Assembly (NCBI GenBank): GCA_050273025.1
Contig: CP158635.1
Location: 10,788,001 to 10,852,000 of the forward strand
Length of the DNA: 64,000 nucleotides
Source of the DNA: Cenococcum geophilum
Taxonomy: Eukaryota
Direction of reading: 5' to 3'
This document shows positions 60,125 through 64,000 of the stretch, in pieces. Each line of letters opens with the position of its first letter. The stretch's first letter is position 1. The translations under genes were made by a program, and so were the position numbers. The notes beneath the pieces were generated by a model. It had not been told where the DNA came from and searched no databases. It saw only the letters and a program-made list of their open reading frames with translations.

Positions 60125-63100
60125 AAAGGCCTATAGCTACCGCCGCTCTTAACTTCTATCTAGTGTCCCTATTTAAGGGTCTCGCTACTAATAAAGTCTA
60201 TAATATCCGTTTTTACTACCCTTCTTATATTCCGACGCCACTAATATCCTCTCTATTATTATTATTCTTGCTATTATTACTAGCACTATCCTAGCCGTTA
60301 TTATTAGCGCCCTTTCTATCGGCCTTATTTTACGCTTTAGTATAATTACTAGTACTACTAATATTTACTTTACCCGCGAAGTTAGGGATAGTAATATTAA
60401 AGTTAACGTCTATACTATATAAAATGGGCGTATAATCGGCTGTATATTGGCGGTAGATACGCTATATAGTTTTATTAACGTTAAATAGGGTAATAAGTTG
60501 CTAGAAGTACTCTTTTTACTTAGGATTCTTAAGGTTAATAAATACCTTATTATTCTTATACTACTTCTTAATTTTATAGTACGCGGTATTTATAAAGGTT
60601 TTGTTGCTAGTATAATAATTATAGACTACCTAAGGACTACCGATAATAATAAGGCCTGCTTATAGTCTAGTAATTATAAAAAGGTTCCTCGCTATATCCT
60701 AGATAAATTTTAGTAGACTAGCAACTATTATATTATATACTAATAACTCTACCTAGCCGCCTTGGATGCTATTAACGGTAAAGACCTTAATCTCGCTAAC
60801 TACTAACGCAAATTTTTGCCACTTACTGCTATCTTGCTGGGCGTAGCACTATTCTTTAAGCGTATGCAGTGCTGCGGAGTAGATGGTAAGTTAGGCTGTA
60901 TATAGAACGGTAAGGCTAACCTTTAATGGCTTAAATTTAAAGTTTATTAGCGCTATGGCCACCTAGAATACGCGTTAAGTGTAGACTAGGTTATACGTTA
61001 ATTAGCTAAGCTTATTTACCTATATAGTACTATTAACGGCAAGGAAGGTAATAGGGTAGTCACAGCGCAACATATCCTTAAAAAAGCTCGCCGCTAGCTT
61101 TAACTGCTCTTGGTCCTTAACTATTAGGCTTATCTAAAGCTAGCCGTGTAGTAGGACGGCATTTATGAGATATATAATGTCTTTAATAAATTAATATTAT
61201 AGTAAGAACTATACTATATCTATACTAGCCGTAAGGAGATGCGTATAGAGGGAGATGGATTTTTAATAGTGGAACGGATTATCGAAATTAGGACTAAGGA
61301 TTAGTTTTAGTTAGTATATATTATTAAGGAGAACCTAAGGTATAGGGTCGCTAGCCTAGATTTATAAACCTCCTTAGATTAAATATAGTCTACTTTAGGT
61401 AAACCTAGTAAGACTGCCCAGCTTAGATACCTTCTTGGCCTTATTATAGAAAACTACGCGTATAGCGCTAATAGAATATATATAAGTCTATAAGACTATA
61501 TTAGGTGTTATAAGAATAATATTAGCCTTCTTAGCTAGGTCTATAATAACTACGTTAGCCGCGAGTATTAATCCTATCTTATTATTTTGCGTTATATTGT
61601 CACTAAGCGTAAATTAGTATAAGTATTAGCGGAATTTAGCGTATTTAGTTGTATTAGGGTCTGTAATAGGATATAGGTTTCTATTACTATTTAGGATACC
61701 TATAAGGCGTAATAATTACTAACCTTTAGATAAATCTATAACCTATAACCGCTTATTAAAGCTAATAGCATTACTAGCCTTAAACGTACGGTAGAGTAAG
61801 AATGCTATATTTAGCATAGACGCGTCCTTGTTAATTATAGTATAGTTATTCTATTCCTTAAAATACTTAGGATAAGTATTAATACCTACCGCTGTTTGCT
61901 GTATAACGGCATCCTACTTATAGACCTTAGTTTCCGTTAAGCGTATATAGTGGCGAAGGATAATAGGAAATTTAGCGGGACGGCCTTACGTAATTAGTAC
62001 CTTATAGTCCTCTATAAGCGTATTATTAATTATCTTAGCTAGCATATTTAGTTAGTAATTAAGCGGCAATAGGACCTAGATTCTAGTAGGATCCTACTAA
62101 GGCGACCTAAGTTAATACTAGTATCGTACTAAGATAGTTAGGAAGGTTAATTTCCTAACACTACTAGGGCCTTATATTAGCAAAATACCGCCTATTATAT
62201 ATTTAAGCGTAGTACAGGCATCTATTTGCTCTTTATTAAGTAGCAGTAAAACGGCCTTAAGGGCATTATTAACTAAGTTCTTCCTATACTTAGCGATATT
62301 ATAGTTAAAGTAATTAATATACGGGAGATCTATAAAGTTATTAGATAGCGTAATTTAGCGCTTAATATAGAAACTGTCGCCTCCTTACTATAGGTGGTAT
62401 AGAGTATTAATCTTTTAGGAGATTCTAACCTTAGGGACACGCTTAGTTACGAGATATTTAATACCCTATACTATAATTAGGGCCTTACTTAGGTTACCAA
62501 CTATTATAAAGTTGTTACTGCTTAGGATATACTCTAGAGCAAATATAGGGTTTAGTATAAACTTATAACCCACCTATAGTTAAAAAATAAAAGTATAGTA
62601 GTTATAGCCGGAGCTAAAGGGAGTAGTATTAATAATAACTTCTTCCTAGCTGGCCTAGCTATCTGCGTCTTTACCTAGGAATAAGATATTAATAATAGAG
62701 TTAGTATAAAGGGCAAGACTATTAACTATTTAGATAGTAGCGTAGTAGACTTAGTTTGCGCTACCTAAGAAGGTAATAAGATAAATAATAGTAGGTACCT
62801 AGGGGTTCTGATTAACGGCTTTAAGGCTCGCGACTATGGTATAGAACTGGACTATAAAATACTTAAGAACGCTATTGAACTAATACCTTACGGGGATTTT
62901 ATATAATGGTCGGTCCTCCACTAAGAGCTATATACTAAGTTGGATATTTATATTATAGTTCTTCTACTAGCGACCTAAAGGATTATTAACGCTCTGCTGT
63001 TATAGGCTCGCGTTTAGGCTCGCGATATAACTATTAAGCTATTTAGTGCCTAGTGTAAAGAAGTAGACAACGACTATAGGATTATTTAACAGCATATTTT

Positions 63101-64000
63101 AAGCTTTATAGATTTGTGGTATAAACGGGCCGAAGTCCCTGTTAATAAAGAAGTACTTACTAAGTAACGTGCGCGTACCTAGTGTAAGTTTATTAGAGGC
63201 GATAATGAACCTAATATAGTAAAGTTATAGGGTTATAGTATCTTGTGGGAGAATATAAGTAAGATACTTAAGCGTAGTTAGACGTAATAGTTGTTAAGTA
63301 ACTAGAGAAGCAGTATTAGTAGTATTAACCTTAATATTACCGGCGATATTGGTATTTGTAAATCGGATAGACGCCGTCTTATATAAATAATAAGTAGGTA
63401 TTCTACCGGTCTTGTAAGACGCCTAGAATATAATACTATATGCTATAATATACTCTTTAATAATTTGCATAACAAACTAAACTATAAAGTAGTTATTATT
63501 TAGAAGCTAAAGTATATTTAAAGGTTCGGCTATTACGGAATTGCTGTCCTTTATATAGGTGTCTAGATTATCTACTAGGCTATCTACTACTAGATAGAAG
63601 CTGGCTGTATTAAGAGGTTTAGGTAATAGAGAGGTAGTAGTACCTAGTGCATCTACCTTACCTAAAGCGGTTACGGCGTCTATTACCTAAATTAAAGTAG
63701 GTCTACTTATGCAATTATTAATATTATACCCTATAACTCCGTAGTTCTTATATACCTAACTATAAAAGATAGTTTAATGGTCTAGGGAGCTATAGTTTAG
63801 GCAAGTTTACTTTTTCTTACCTAATAGCTAGGGACAGTCTCACTTTCTATAGCCTATAGCACTATATTAGTTACACGTTATACTAGGATAATTACTCTTA
63901 AGATAACTAGCTTCCCTATAATTATTATATATAGGGTTAAGGCAGTTAGCTTTAAAATAACTAGCCTTACTATAGCCGCGATAAAGTTAAAAAGCTTTCT
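60125..64000 (-). pseudogene. RIP-inactivated Upf1/Sen1-like (DNA2/NAM7, AAA_11+AAA_12) SF1 helicase with at least 4 N-terminal CCHC zinc knuckles; 5' end beyond the window
   Basis: Single minus frame of ~1290 codons. De-RIP: four CX2CX4HX4C (~63765-63985); L..EQ.DA then LLIQGP.GVGKST (~62145-62235); VVF.DEA (~61436-61458); VLLGD.HQLKP and NPF..Q.SISLY (~61250-61335); QYR (~61195); TVDSIQGG (~60757-60780); D.ARN....TR...GLIIIG (~60640-60700); acidic tail. Confidence 0.8.

Larger units (their letters stand above)
50719..64000 (-). mobile_element. One end of a large (>13 kb) RIP-inactivated Plavaka-type DNA transposon with accessory genes
   Basis: Candidate terminus CCCCTCCCC at 50719, subterminal tandem arrays, and co-oriented degenerate genes (DUF6532-like, Plavaka transposase, unknown ORF, SF1 helicase) with similar heavy RIP. 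The other end is not in the window. Confidence 0.6.

Noticed and set aside
60120..64000. Apparent long plus-strand RIP-broken reading frame
   Set aside because: It is the codon-aligned antisense shadow of the minus-strand frame that carries the ordered helicase motifs.
60125..64000. Helitron RepHel interpretation
   Set aside because: Motifs are Upf1/Sen1-type (QGP.G.GKS, DEA, QYR, TVDS.QG), not Pif1-type, and no HUH Rep motifs were seen.

Overview
Filamentous-ascomycete (Pezizomycotina) genomic DNA with a two-speed layout. AT-rich blocks at about 1-22.6 kb and 43.6-64 kb carry the repeat-induced point mutation (RIP) signature: TpA excess, CpA/TpG loss, and TAA/TAG replacing Gln/Trp codons. 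They flank a GC-balanced island of 7 intact-looking genes: atypical protein kinase-like, TauD/TfdA dioxygenase, Zn2Cys6-like regulator, Nudix hydrolase, FHIP/FAM160 homologue, a conserved hypothetical protein and a DUF4246-like protein. The left block is a resolvable nest of three Ty3/Gypsy chromovirus families (my labels A, B, C), a full-length Tad1-like LINE and a MITE, several with intact target-site duplications (TSDs). The right block holds a full-length chromovirus and, from about 50.7 kb, what looks like one end of a large RIP-killed DNA element. Read from its terminus inward it has a CCCC end, subterminal tandem arrays, a DUF6532-like gene, a Plavaka-type transposase, an unknown ORF and a Upf1/Sen1-like SF1 helicase with four CCHC zinc knuckles, all on the minus strand. 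Calls in RIP regions come from manual translation with C>T/G>A changes mentally reverted; no database searches were run.
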